Virus record (IMG/VR): IMGVR_UViG_3300032143_000007 | Coordinates: 1-34,439 of that record | Source: a virus | Lineage: Duplodnaviria > Caudoviricetes | Length of the DNA: 34,439 bases | Strand: one strand, 5' to 3' | In this document: positions 19,412 through 29,059 of the stretch, piece after piece | How the letters are laid out: each line of letters begins with the position of its first letter | How positions within the stretch are numbered: position 1 is the stretch's first letter | The notes under the pieces: model-generated | The model's input: only the letters and a program-made list of their open reading frames with translations | The model's database searches: none | Told to the model about the DNA's origin: nothing | Program-made: the position numbers and the translations under genes

Positions 19412-21712
19412 TTAGATAACATTAATTGTTTGAGTAAAATCGATTTCTGAATATTTAATTAATCTACATTGTTCATATACATCTGTTTGAATAGGTGTAT
19501 AAATAATATCTATAATTTTAGGATCAGATAATAATAATTTTTCAGAAATCCAGCCTTTATAATAATTTAAATATTGATCTGTATTAGTCCAATTTGCTTT
19601 AACAAAATATCCATAATAAAAAATTTGATTCCAATCTTGTTCCATTGCTGATGTTTCTTCGTTATATATATTATTTATCATTCTATAAACAGAATAATCT
19701 AATTGTGATGAATTATTTATTTCGGTTATTTCTTCTGTTTGAAATAATGTCTTAATAGATAAATATGTTAAAGGGCTTCCAACTATTCCATTATAAGGAT
19801 TTCCAGATATAGTAAAAGTACTACTCATAGAAATAAAACTAGAATCTACCATTCCATTATAAGCAGAAAATACTCTTACAATATCAGTACCAGTCAATGC
19901 TAAATTATTAACATATGTAAAAGATGATGTATTATAATTCGTAATCAAATCCCATTCATTTAATCCTTGAGGAATCATTGATCCATACGTTTTATATTCT
20001 TCTTTAGTAACATAATAAGTACTAGTCGCTTTAATAATTTCAGGACTTAATACAGGCATTTCAGGAGCTTGATCGGCTGGATCAGAAGAAACAAAAGATG
20101 TAAATACTGATAATGTTGCAATCAATCCTAATAATTCAGATACACAATCTTTATATTTTTCTGTAGCTGTTTGTATCCATTCAACTATAGTTTTTATAAA
20201 ACTTATTATCTTTTTTACTAATGCAATCATAGAATTTATAAGATCAGTTACAAAAGTTATTACAGTTTCTATAATCTTTGCAATTTTTGTCATTACATTT
20301 TTGACAACTGCAATTGCATTTTTAACTTTAATAGCTAATGCTGCAACTACTTGAGCCGCTGATGCTGGTATTGTAATAGTTATTTTTGCAATAACTTTTG
20401 TAGCAAAATTAGCAATAAATTCTTGAACTGGTTTTGTAATAGCTTCTATAACTTTTTTAATCACTTCTTCAATTATAGTTTCAAGTTCAAAAATCAATTC
20501 CATAACTTCAGTAATTTTAGTTTTTATTTTATCAAATACATAATTAAAAAAATTATATATTTTATCCATTAATTTTTTCGAAAAATTAAATATTCTCTTA
20601 AATAATTTATCAGTCAATACACTTATCGATAATCTTTGTTTTAAAGTTTCTACAAATTCATTTAATTTAGTCGTTAATTGATCAAACATTAATTGTCCAT
20701 TTTCAAATAATCCATTAAAAGAAACTCTAATAACATCCCCAAAATTATTATGCATTTCTTTTCGTTCATCTTCCGTAATATCCATTCCTTTAAACATCAA
20801 ATCAATAAATGAAGTTACAATACTACTTAAATCTACTTCAGGTAATAAAATTTCTAATGTCAACATTCCTAATCCTAAAGGTGGAGCAGGAATAGGAGTT
20901 TGTACTTTTGCACAATAAACATCAATAAATTCTATAGTTCCTGTTGATAATCCAAAATAAACTCCTGGTAAATTAGGAACTTTATTCGTAGCTAATGGTA
21001 CTATAGTTCCCGCATCTATTGAATAAACTTGATTATTTTTATTAAATAATTCCACAACTCCAGTACAAAAAATATCATTTGCTGATATATAAGTAAGTTC
21101 ATTATTTATTTTAAGTTCATCCATAGCTACTATAATTTTATCTACAACATCAGTCGTATCTATTGATTCTGGAAAAATTACCAATCCAGTACCATTTAAT
21201 GAATAAATAGGGTCTTCATCTTGCTGTAATGTACTTTGTGTAAATCCAATTGGAGGTACATTAAGCCATGTTACAATTAGATCTAGGTTTTGCTTAATAG
21301 CTTCCTTCTGATCTTTAATAGTATTATCTCCTGCAAATATCATTGTAGGTAATGCTAAATCTAGTATACTATATGGGTCTTTTGGTTTAATTACTCCATA
21401 AGTTACTTTATCACTTAAAGTATCAATGGCAGGAAGTATAGGTGGAGGTGGTGGAACTATAGCCTGTTCTAAATATGTATATACACCGTTAGTTTTTAAA
21501 CTACATTTCATATATCCTGTTAGATAATCATTTATGGCTATAGCAGTCGCTAACCATGCTTTCATATTAGTTTCGTGGGATTTTTTTGTAACTGTATTTA
21601 TACAAGCATATGGTGATTTATCTATAACAAAATTTGCATTAACATATTCATCCATTTTTTGTCTAAGAATCGAACCAAATGCTTTTCCTGCATTAGTTAT
21701 ATATTCTGCCAT
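19412..21712 (-). CDS. Hypothetical 766-aa protein with a long amphipathic helical centre
   Basis: Long ORF between spike and gp25 genes; Pro-rich linkers flank an I/K/A/V-rich helical region. Confidence 0.75.
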   Translation of the reverse strand: MAEYITNAGKAFGSILRQKMDEYVNANFVIDKSPYACINTVTKKSHETNMKAWLATAIAINDYLTGYMKCSLKTNGVYTYLEQAIVPPPPPILPAIDTLSDKVTYGVIKPKDPYSILDLALPTMIFAGDNTIKDQKEAIKQNLDLIVTWLNVPPIGFTQSTLQQDEDPIYSLNGTGLVIFPESIDTTDVVDKIIVAMDELKINNELTYISANDIFCTGVVELFNKNNQVYSIDAGTIVPLATNKVPNLPGVYFGLSTGTIEFIDVYCAKVQTPIPAPPLGLGMLTLEILLPEVDLSSIVTSFIDLMFKGMDITEDERKEMHNNFGDVIRVSFNGLFENGQLMFDQLTTKLNEFVETLKQRLSISVLTDKLFKRIFNFSKKLMDKIYNFFNYVFDKIKTKITEVMELIFELETIIEEVIKKVIEAITKPVQEFIANFATKVIAKITITIPASAAQVVAALAIKVKNAIAVVKNVMTKIAKIIETVITFVTDLINSMIALVKKIISFIKTIVEWIQTATEKYKDCVSELLGLIATLSVFTSFVSSDPADQAPEMPVLSPEIIKATSTYYVTKEEYKTYGSMIPQGLNEWDLITNYNTSSFTYVNNLALTGTDIVRVFSAYNGMVDSSFISMSSTFTISGNPYNGIVGSPLTYLSIKTLFQTEEITEINNSSQLDYSVYRMINNIYNEETSAMEQDWNQIFYYGYFVKANWTNTDQYLNYYKGWISEKLLLSDPKIIDIIYTPIQTDVYEQCRLIKYSEIDFTQTINVI

Positions 21713-21715
21713 AAT

Positions 21716-22396
21716 TTACACTACCGCTGGTCCTGTTGGAGCAACATTTCCTGAATGTGGTACGCCTGTATATAAACAACTAGGCAATGCACACAATGGT
21801 CCTCCCTGTGGAACAGGGATTGCATTTAATCCTTGAACTTTAAGCTGACCAGTATGATTAAATATTAAATTTCCCGTACTTTTAACTGTAACATTTCCCA
21901 TTCTATCTATTTTAATTTCTGTATCTGAATTATGATGATATATTGTTTCTTTAGTTTGTCTATTAATAGTTAAATAATCTCCTTCATCAGTTTCAAACAT
22001 TACCATATTATTAGGATAATTTGTATTTTTTTGAGATGGTAAATTATTTTTATCAACTACCTTAACTGTATAATGAGGTAAATTAATATTACCTTTATCA
22101 AAATAAACTCTAACAATTGTATCTATAGGTGGAACTATAAACGATCCCATTTTACTTCCTATAAAAGTAAAATCTGGCATTGCCCAAGGCAATTCATTAT
22201 CTGGAACATCTGCCTCAAATACTCCAAATACTCTTATTCTACAACGACCAACCCTGTCAGGATCATTATTATTAACAACTTTTCCAACATAAAATTCTTC
22301 CTTAAATCCTATATCATCAATATCAGTATCTAAAAAATCATTTAATGATTCATTTACTTGTTTAGCTATTTCTGCTCTCATGTGTTCAATATCCAT
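21716..22396 (-). CDS. Central spike (gp5/gpV-like OB fold plus short beta region, no lysozyme)
   Basis: YVGKVVNNNDPDRVGRCRIRVFG, LPWA.P, F.VP.I...V.V.F..G...P; C-terminal C.YTG.PH. Confidence 0.85.
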   Translation of the reverse strand: MDIEHMRAEIAKQVNESLNDFLDTDIDDIGFKEEFYVGKVVNNNDPDRVGRCRIRVFGVFEADVPDNELPWAMPDFTFIGSKMGSFIVPPIDTIVRVYFDKGNINLPHYTVKVVDKNNLPSQKNTNYPNNMVMFETDEGDYLTINRQTKETIYHHNSDTEIKIDRMGNVTVKSTGNLIFNHTGQLKVQGLNAIPVPQGGPLCALPSCLYTGVPHSGNVAPTGPAVV

Positions 22397-22403
22397 AATA
22401 ATC

Positions 22404-23606
22404 CTATTTATGATAAATTTTATCTAAGAAAGCTGATTTATCACTTCCATTTCTATGTAGTGATAACATCTTTGAATATAATCCATTTTTATTTATTTGA
22501 TGTATTATTCCTCCGACTAAATATTCTCCAGATATTACTTCATTAATATCTCCAGAATTTTCAGGAAATAATGAAGGAATAGATAAATTTACTTTATCAA
22601 AAAGTTTTACTTTATATAATGAATTAATATTTATTAATATTGAATATCCAAAAAATCCATTCATTAAATATTTATTTCTAATTAAAGATTCAAAATATTT
22701 TTCATACATATTTAAATCGTTATATATACCTAAATCATTTCCACCATAAAAAACTTGACCATCATAATTTTTATCTTTAAAACTTCTTTGTGCCATTAAT
22801 TCATATTTACTATATTCAAATGCTTGAGTAGATTTACTTAAATCATAATATGAATATGAAAATCCATATGCTATTTTTTTATTATAATATCCATTCATAT
22901 TAACTATATCATATGAATTATACCATATGGTATTAACATCTTCATCAACTAAATTATCATTCAAAGTCTTTACAATATCAAACTTAGCATTTATACTTCC
23001 AATCTTTAATATCTCTTTATTTAAAGAAGTATATACAAATTCATTTTGTAAATTAGCATAAAATAAAGCAACATCATCTACGATATATGATCTATTTAAA
23101 ATATATTTAATAAATTTATAATTATTTAAATTAGACTGATACCAAGTCATATTATCTATTGGAATTACATTTCTTGGATTTGTAAATGTTAATCCTGCTT
23201 CATTTGCTATATTTGAACAAATATCTCTAGTCGTACTTCTTGAAAAACTTCTATTTTTTAAACTAAACATATTATTTGTTTTAAGTAATCCAGAAATAGA
23301 AAAATAAAATCTTCTATTATCTCCCATAACATTAACTTTTTGATCTTGAACTTGAAATTGAAATTCTAAAGGATGTTCATCTTCTTCACTTTTTGCAATT
23401 ATTATTTGAATAATTTCATTATCATCTAAAGGCATTTTTTCATTAAGAGTACCATCATCTAATATTTCTAATTGAATTCTAGGTAATACATCAAAAACCC
23501 ATTCTTTAATTATTAATGAATGTATAACAGCAGAATTAAATGAAATATCTTTAATCTTTATAGTACAAAAATATTTTTGACCAGTAGATTGGTTTTCATT
23601 ATCCAT
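22404..23606 (-). CDS. Probable baseplate hub protein (gp27-like)
   Basis: Position before the spike, 400 aa, N-terminal I.E.VF...P...L.I.D and C-terminal SGEYLVGGIIH.I. Confidence 0.65.
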   Translation of the reverse strand: MDNENQSTGQKYFCTIKIKDISFNSAVIHSLIIKEWVFDVLPRIQLEILDDGTLNEKMPLDDNEIIQIIIAKSEEDEHPLEFQFQVQDQKVNVMGDNRRFYFSISGLLKTNNMFSLKNRSFSRSTTRDICSNIANEAGLTFTNPRNVIPIDNMTWYQSNLNNYKFIKYILNRSYIVDDVALFYANLQNEFVYTSLNKEILKIGSINAKFDIVKTLNDNLVDEDVNTIWYNSYDIVNMNGYYNKKIAYGFSYSYYDLSKSTQAFEYSKYELMAQRSFKDKNYDGQVFYGGNDLGIYNDLNMYEKYFESLIRNKYLMNGFFGYSILININSLYKVKLFDKVNLSIPSLFPENSGDINEVISGEYLVGGIIHQINKNGLYSKMLSLHRNGSDKSAFLDKIYHK

Positions 23607-23608
23607 TA

Positions 23609-23932
23609 TTATTCTCTTTTAATTTTTCTTACTTCTAAATAAAAATCCTGAATGTCTTGCACATCTGGATATTGAATCATATCACCTATATGAACATCAT
23701 TCCACCAATCATCAATCTTATTTAATTTAGCAACTATCCACCAATAACTCATAGTACCATACAATTTTAAAGATAATAAATCGGGTCTTTGTAAATAGGT
23801 TCGTCCTAATTGAAAATATCTAGCCTGTCTTTTAATTTTAAATAAATCAAAATAATTTTTTACCAAATCATTTTCTATAATACCATTAACTTCTTGTTGA
23901 TCGTAAAAAAACGTTCTTCTATATTTACTCAT
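23609..23932 (-). CDS. Baseplate wedge protein (T4 gp53 / LysM-like)
   Basis: RPDLLSLKLYG...YWWIVAKLNKI.D and GD.I..P. Confidence 0.8.
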   Translation of the reverse strand: MSKYRRTFFYDQQEVNGIIENDLVKNYFDLFKIKRQARYFQLGRTYLQRPDLLSLKLYGTMSYWWIVAKLNKIDDWWNDVHIGDMIQYPDVQDIQDFYLEVRKIKRE

Positions 23933-23957
23933 TATTTATTTCCTTGGTTTCTTTAGA

Positions 23958-24956
23958 CTACTTTAGACTAGCGGTATCAATATTTTTTCCATTTAAAACT
24001 ACACGATTACCTTTATTGGATACATACATCCCAACATAATCTATATTATCTACAATTCTTCTAGAACTCATTGTAATTTCAGCATCTATATATAAAGGTC
24101 CATATTCTGTCATTTCTTTAGACATATTAAATTGAACATTTGTAATAACCATATCATCATGTTGAAAATAATTTCCAATACTTACACTAACTGGTGATGG
24201 TGATGATTTTAAAATAAAATAATCATCTACACCATCAAAAATTTCTACTCCCGCTTCACCCGCTTGTTTTGCAAGCGATCCAATCCCCTTCATAGTAGCA
24301 GTAGCTATTTGATCTACTTTATTAGCAAATTCACCTGTTGTATCATCTAATGGAGGAATGTTTCCCTCTGTAGCTGTAGCGTCTGCTGGGTCTTTTGGAA
24401 GAATTTGTGATATACCTTTAGCAGCTACACCTATCAGTTTTTTAGCAACATCATTAATACCTCCCGCCAATCCTTGATCCATTGGTGAAGGTAAACAATA
24501 ACTAGCTAATAACATAGCAGCTAATACAGGACTTCCTTCTGGAGTTCCATACCAATTTATTATTTTAATTTTAGGAGTTATAGTTAAATATCCACTTTTA
24601 GAATAAACTTTTTTTGTTGTAAATCTAGTTCCCCCTTCTGCTACTCCAGCCGCTCTTGATAAATTTCCTCCGGTTGCAATTTTTTCAATTCCTGCTGCCA
24701 AATCATCTAAACCGAAAATACTAGGAACTAATCCAGCAATACCTCCTAATGAATCCCAATTTGCTTCTATAGAAAAACTCATAGGGTCTGTTATCACACC
24801 TTTAATTTGAGCATCTTGTCTCTTTGTAAATCTATTCCCTTTAGGCATAATTCTCATAACAGCATAACCATTAGTTGACTTATTTCCAATAGCTTTTGTA
24901 TATGCTTCTTTAGTAAAAAGAGATTTATTAAACATATTATTTAATTTATCTAACAT
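23958..24956 (-). CDS. Probable tube initiator / baseplate-tube junction protein (gp48-like)
   Basis: C-terminal SP.PVSV.IG.YF....MVITNVQF......GPL...AEITM; position after the tape measure gene. Confidence 0.55.
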   Translation of the reverse strand: MLDKLNNMFNKSLFTKEAYTKAIGNKSTNGYAVMRIMPKGNRFTKRQDAQIKGVITDPMSFSIEANWDSLGGIAGLVPSIFGLDDLAAGIEKIATGGNLSRAAGVAEGGTRFTTKKVYSKSGYLTITPKIKIINWYGTPEGSPVLAAMLLASYCLPSPMDQGLAGGINDVAKKLIGVAAKGISQILPKDPADATATEGNIPPLDDTTGEFANKVDQIATATMKGIGSLAKQAGEAGVEIFDGVDDYFILKSSPSPVSVSIGNYFQHDDMVITNVQFNMSKEMTEYGPLYIDAEITMSSRRIVDNIDYVGMYVSNKGNRVVLNGKNIDTASLK

Positions 24957-24958
24957 TT

Positions 24959-27235
24959 TTATCCCCTTCCAACTGGTCTTATAGATAAAGCTGGTGTATT
25001 TACATTTGGTATAGAATTTTTATATCCATCTGTCATTTTTTGTGCTAATGTTGTAATTGTTTCTTCTGATAAATCTATAACCATTCTTTCCCTATTTAAT
25101 TTATTTTGTAATTTTTCTTGTGATAAATTTAATCCACCGTCTCCAATTTCAGAACTTTTTCCTTGTTTTAAAGCTACTCTATATGCATAATTATTTGTAT
25201 CTCTAGGTCCATAACTTTCTCCAGGATATTGTTCAATATGCCAAGGTTCTAATTTTTTTGACCAATGTAAAAGAGGTCTATGAAATCCATATTTTTTAAG
25301 CAATCCCATTTTTTCCAAATTATTTGCATCAACAGCATGAATATCTATTGCTTGACCGGCTCCATGTAAACTATCTGCTTGATTTCTATATCCCGAATTT
25401 ATTCTAATAGATTTTTTACCACCAGTTTTTTCATCATATTCTTGTGACATTGCTTCAAAAGAATTCCAAAATGTAGGATTTATACCCTTTATATTTGGTT
25501 TATCAGCAGGATTTAAAAACCATCCAATTCCTCTTTTTATAAAATCTACTGGCCCCTGAATCATATCCTGAAATTTAGTGTTTACTTTCGGTGGTTCTAT
25601 TACTCTTCCTATACTACCTGTTTTTATAGTAGATATAGTTTTGGGCATTTCATTACTATTTTTATCAGATGCCCCTCCACTAAAACCTTCTGCAAATCCT
25701 TTCGAAGCTGTTGCTACTCCCCCGGCTACTTGAGATTTTAATTGTCCGGCTGCTTTTTTTCCTCCAGATAATAAACTTTTGCCTATATTTCCCACAAATT
25801 TTATAGTATTAGCAGGAGCTTCTTTTAAAACTTCAACAGTCTTTTCTACAGCCGCACTAACATCAAACGCTTTAATTAATGATATTATATTTCCAATAAC
25901 ACCACCAGCCTTAGAAGAAAATGACATAATTCCAGTTCCAATATCTTGTAATGCTCCTAAAGGATCAGTAGCAAATTTTTTAATTCCTTCTGTAATCCAA
26001 ACAATAGGACCAAATCCTGCTATCTTTTTTAAACCTTCTACACCCATTTTTGCTAATGATCCCGCAGCTTTAGCAGTCTTTTCTACTCCCCCAAAATCTT
26101 TCCACATTAATAAAGCATCAATAGCTATACTTGCTAAAGTTCCAAAACCAGGAATTATAGAAACTAATCCCGAAGCAATTTCTCCAATACCACCAACTAT
26201 ATCCCCTTTCTTAAATCTACTAATTCCTAATCCAATTCCCATTAATAAACCAACACCAGGAATTTTCTTCATTGCCATCTTTCCTAAACCTTTAACAACT
26301 GCTTTAGATGCACCTCCAACGACACTATCAACTTTTGTGCCTCCCTTAAAATCTCTAAATAATAAAAGAGCATCAATAGCTATACTAGCCCAAGTTCCAA
26401 TACCAGGAACCATTGAAACTAATCCCGAAGCAATTTCTCCAATACCACCGACTATATCTCCTTTCTTAAATCTTCCTATTCCAAAAGCTATTCCCATTAA
26501 TAAACCAATACCAGGAATTTTCTTTAAAGCAGATTTACCAAGTTTACCAAGTTTACCTAATGTTTTAAGTCCACCTTTTTCAGCACCTTTTTCTAATTCC
26601 TTTATCCCCATCATCTTTCCAAAACCTTTAAAAAGATTTCCAATTTTACCAAATTTTTCTTTTAAAATATCAACAGCAACATCAATTCCTAATACTTTTT
26701 TTAATCCTTTAAAAATACCACCAGCAGGAGCAAATAAACCCTGAAATCCTTTAACAAATCCTTTAACAGTTGAATATAAAAATTCTTGTTTTCCTGTTAA
26801 TAAAAATCCTGCAAGTCCACCAATACCTAATAAAACTCCTGCCAATCCTAATAATCCTGCAAGTCCCATTCCTTTCTTTTTATCTTTTTCTTTTTGAAGT
26901 TTATTATTTTCTTTCATTAAATTTTCTAAATCAATTAATTCTTGAACAACCTTTTTATTTGGATCAGTTTTTTTAATAAAAGATTTTTGATCTGTGGGTT
27001 TTAAATTAATTAAAAGTTTACTTTGATAATTTAAAATTTTATCAATATTAGATAGACTAGTACTCATCTTAGATAAATAATCTATATTAGAATGAAATAA
27101 ACCTTGCATAGATTTATTAAATTTAACTTGATCTTTATTATTTTTTGAAAAAGATTCTTTTAAAGCCGATTTGACATTAAATAGTTGAGATTTTTCTTCT
27201 TTTCCTTTTCCCTTTTCTTCCACTTTATCCTCCAC
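24959..27235 (-). CDS. Tape-measure-like protein with Gly-rich hydrophobic repeats and a C-terminal M15 zinc peptidase
   Basis: KKIPG.G repeats; INSGYR, S.HG.G.AIDI and EPWHIE M15 motifs; GTG start overlapping the upstream gene. Confidence 0.75.
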   Translation of the reverse strand: MEDKVEEKGKGKEEKSQLFNVKSALKESFSKNNKDQVKFNKSMQGLFHSNIDYLSKMSTSLSNIDKILNYQSKLLINLKPTDQKSFIKKTDPNKKVVQELIDLENLMKENNKLQKEKDKKKGMGLAGLLGLAGVLLGIGGLAGFLLTGKQEFLYSTVKGFVKGFQGLFAPAGGIFKGLKKVLGIDVAVDILKEKFGKIGNLFKGFGKMMGIKELEKGAEKGGLKTLGKLGKLGKSALKKIPGIGLLMGIAFGIGRFKKGDIVGGIGEIASGLVSMVPGIGTWASIAIDALLLFRDFKGGTKVDSVVGGASKAVVKGLGKMAMKKIPGVGLLMGIGLGISRFKKGDIVGGIGEIASGLVSIIPGFGTLASIAIDALLMWKDFGGVEKTAKAAGSLAKMGVEGLKKIAGFGPIVWITEGIKKFATDPLGALQDIGTGIMSFSSKAGGVIGNIISLIKAFDVSAAVEKTVEVLKEAPANTIKFVGNIGKSLLSGGKKAAGQLKSQVAGGVATASKGFAEGFSGGASDKNSNEMPKTISTIKTGSIGRVIEPPKVNTKFQDMIQGPVDFIKRGIGWFLNPADKPNIKGINPTFWNSFEAMSQEYDEKTGGKKSIRINSGYRNQADSLHGAGQAIDIHAVDANNLEKMGLLKKYGFHRPLLHWSKKLEPWHIEQYPGESYGPRDTNNYAYRVALKQGKSSEIGDGGLNLSQEKLQNKLNRERMVIDLSEETITTLAQKMTDGYKNSIPNVNTPALSIRPVGRG
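26105..26525 (-). repeat. Internal duplication with a 255-nt (85-aa) period
   Basis: GAAACTAATCCCGAAGCAATTTCTCCAATACCACC is identical at 26160 and 26415. Confidence 0.85.
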
Positions 27236-27470
27236 TATTTAAAGAAAATCTTCCTTGTTGTTTTAAAGTTCTTTCATTTTCTTTACGTCTTTCTTTACAA
27301 AGTCTTTCATATATCCATATAAATTCAAAAAATTCTTTTTGATCATAATCAAATGGTATAGTCATATTATAAGAAATTTGAAATTCAATCTCCATTATAT
27401 CATTCAAAGTTATATGTGGGAAGAAAGAATTCGCTTCGAAACGAAATCCCCACTGGGGAAACTCCTCCAC
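27225..27470 (-). CDS. gp51-like small ORF, possibly the frameshifted extension of the upstream gene
   Basis: Open in the +1 frame across the last ~70 nt of the upstream gene; no SD before GTG 27470 or ATG 27395; start uncertain. Confidence 0.6.
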   Translation of the reverse strand: MEEFPQWGFRFEANSFFPHITLNDIMEIEFQISYNMTIPFDYDQKEFFEFIWIYERLCKERRKENERTLKQQGRFSLNSGG

Positions 27471-28341
27471 ATTTTTTACAAGTTACGTTCATATAAGGTT
27501 TAACTCCCATTCCATATTTTTCAATATAACTATTTAAATATGTAAAATCTTCAGGATCAATTGTAGTCATCCAATGATAACTATCTAATAAATTCTTTTT
27601 TTCACCATTAATTTCTGTCAACATACATGCCATACTTAAAAGTTCTTTATCAATATCTTTTAATAATTGTCCTTGAATTTCTTCAAATCTACTAATTTTT
27701 GATTCATCTTCAATTCTTAAAAAATTAAATTTAACTTTATTTCCACTAAAAAGAGTTATTTCTTTATCTGGATTATATAAATCATTTATATATTGAGTTT
27801 CTAGATTTTGAATATCAAAATGAAATTCTGAATCTTTTTCACATTTTGGACATGTAAAATTAACTGTATATCCACTATCTCTATATGTATTTGCTCTTAA
27901 CCAAAAAAGCAAATAAATTTTATCAGCAATAAATAATTTATTAATATTAATACCACTTATAGCCTTTGATAATATATCATTAATAATAAAATTAAAATTT
28001 GTATCATTTAAAGCTGATAACTTTTTAATTTCTATAACTTTTAATGGTCTTGCACTAATTTGTACATTACTTGGATAAAATTTAAATTTTGATGGTAAAT
28101 CTAATATACGATAATAATTTGCTCCCTGTACCTCTGATCCCACTAAAGTTTCAACTGAATCTATATTTCTTCCTATTTCTGATGGGTCTATTCCAGCTTT
28201 TCTTAAAGATTCATTTTCCATAGTTCTTACAGTCTTTTGAATAATTTCTTCATCACTTATATCATTTGTTGGTTGTCTTGTAGATTTCTTACTTTTTACA
28301 AGACCTTTCATTTCTTCATTTGTTACATCTACCATATTCAT
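27400..28341 (-). CDS. Baseplate hub assembly / tail assembly chaperone (T4 gp26-like)
   Basis: LPS...YP, RPLKV.E.K.L, D..YLLF.LR..TY, CPKC and CKKCG, ends ..FFLP; GGAGG RBS. Confidence 0.8.
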   Translation of the reverse strand: MNMVDVTNEEMKGLVKSKKSTRQPTNDISDEEIIQKTVRTMENESLRKAGIDPSEIGRNIDSVETLVGSEVQGANYYRILDLPSKFKFYPSNVQISARPLKVIEIKKLSALNDTNFNFIINDILSKAISGININKLFIADKIYLLFWLRANTYRDSGYTVNFTCPKCEKDSEFHFDIQNLETQYINDLYNPDKEITLFSGNKVKFNFLRIEDESKISRFEEIQGQLLKDIDKELLSMACMLTEINGEKKNLLDSYHWMTTIDPEDFTYLNSYIEKYGMGVKPYMNVTCKKCGGVSPVGISFRSEFFLPTYNFE

Positions 28342-28362
28342 AATATCCTCCTAATTAAAATT

Positions 28363-28980
28363 TCATATCAATCCATTAATAACCTTTTTTAATGCTACAT
28401 TTATTAAACCATATTTTGTAAAATGTGTACTTATTCTATCAACTCCAAATGTTATATTATATTTAATACTTTCATCTGATGCATAAGAATATTGTGGTTC
28501 TGATGTTTGTAAAAAATATGGATCATGAAATGTATAATAAACTACAGGCAATCCTTGATTATCTTGTATCTCAACTATTATAAAACTAAATTTCATATCC
28601 ATAGGACTTCTATATAAACCATCTTGATTCATTATCAATCTCTGTAACCAATTTATAAAATATGCTATAGTTCCATTTTCATCTTCCTCAAATCCTATTG
28701 TAACTGCTAATTCTTCTCCCATTTTTAATACCGGAAACGACCTAGGAATTTGTCCATAAAGTTGTGTTACTTTTTCAGCTTGATAACTAGGAATCGTAAT
28801 ATCTGTTACATGATATGATCTTATAATTGGCATAGGACCGTTAGGTCTTTCTCTTCCTCCAAATGGATTATCAAACATCGTAACATAAAATCTAAAACTA
28901 TGCTGAATGGATTTACCAAAAAGTTTTTCCGGTAATTTATACCATTGTGCTAATTCTAATGAATTAAGTCCTATAGGCAT
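28363..28980 (-). CDS. Tail tube-like protein (gp54/gp19-type tube initiator)
   Basis: DITIPS, L.VTIGFEEDE, F...W, Y.F...Y and YNITF parallel the adjacent tube protein. Confidence 0.65.
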   Translation of the reverse strand: MPIGLNSLELAQWYKLPEKLFGKSIQHSFRFYVTMFDNPFGGRERPNGPMPIIRSYHVTDITIPSYQAEKVTQLYGQIPRSFPVLKMGEELAVTIGFEEDENGTIAYFINWLQRLIMNQDGLYRSPMDMKFSFIIVEIQDNQGLPVVYYTFHDPYFLQTSEPQYSYASDESIKYNITFGVDRISTHFTKYGLINVALKKVINGLI

Positions 28981-29012
28981 GTTATTCCTTTATATTACTA
29001 TTTATTTCGAAA

Positions 29013-29053
29013 GATAATCAATAAAGGATGATATAACACCTCTATTGATTATT
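29013..29053 (-). terminator. Stem-loop after the tail tube gene (terminator or mRNA stabiliser)
   Basis: Minus strand ATAATCAATAGAGG...CCTTTATTGATTAT; only a weak U tract (CTTT) follows. Confidence 0.5.
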
Positions 29054-29059
29054 TTCTTA

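Noticed and set aside
25779-26744. 321-aa plus-strand ORF
   Set aside because: Antisense shadow of the Gly/Ala/Ile-rich tape measure repeats; Pro/Ile-rich mirror composition and no independent motif.
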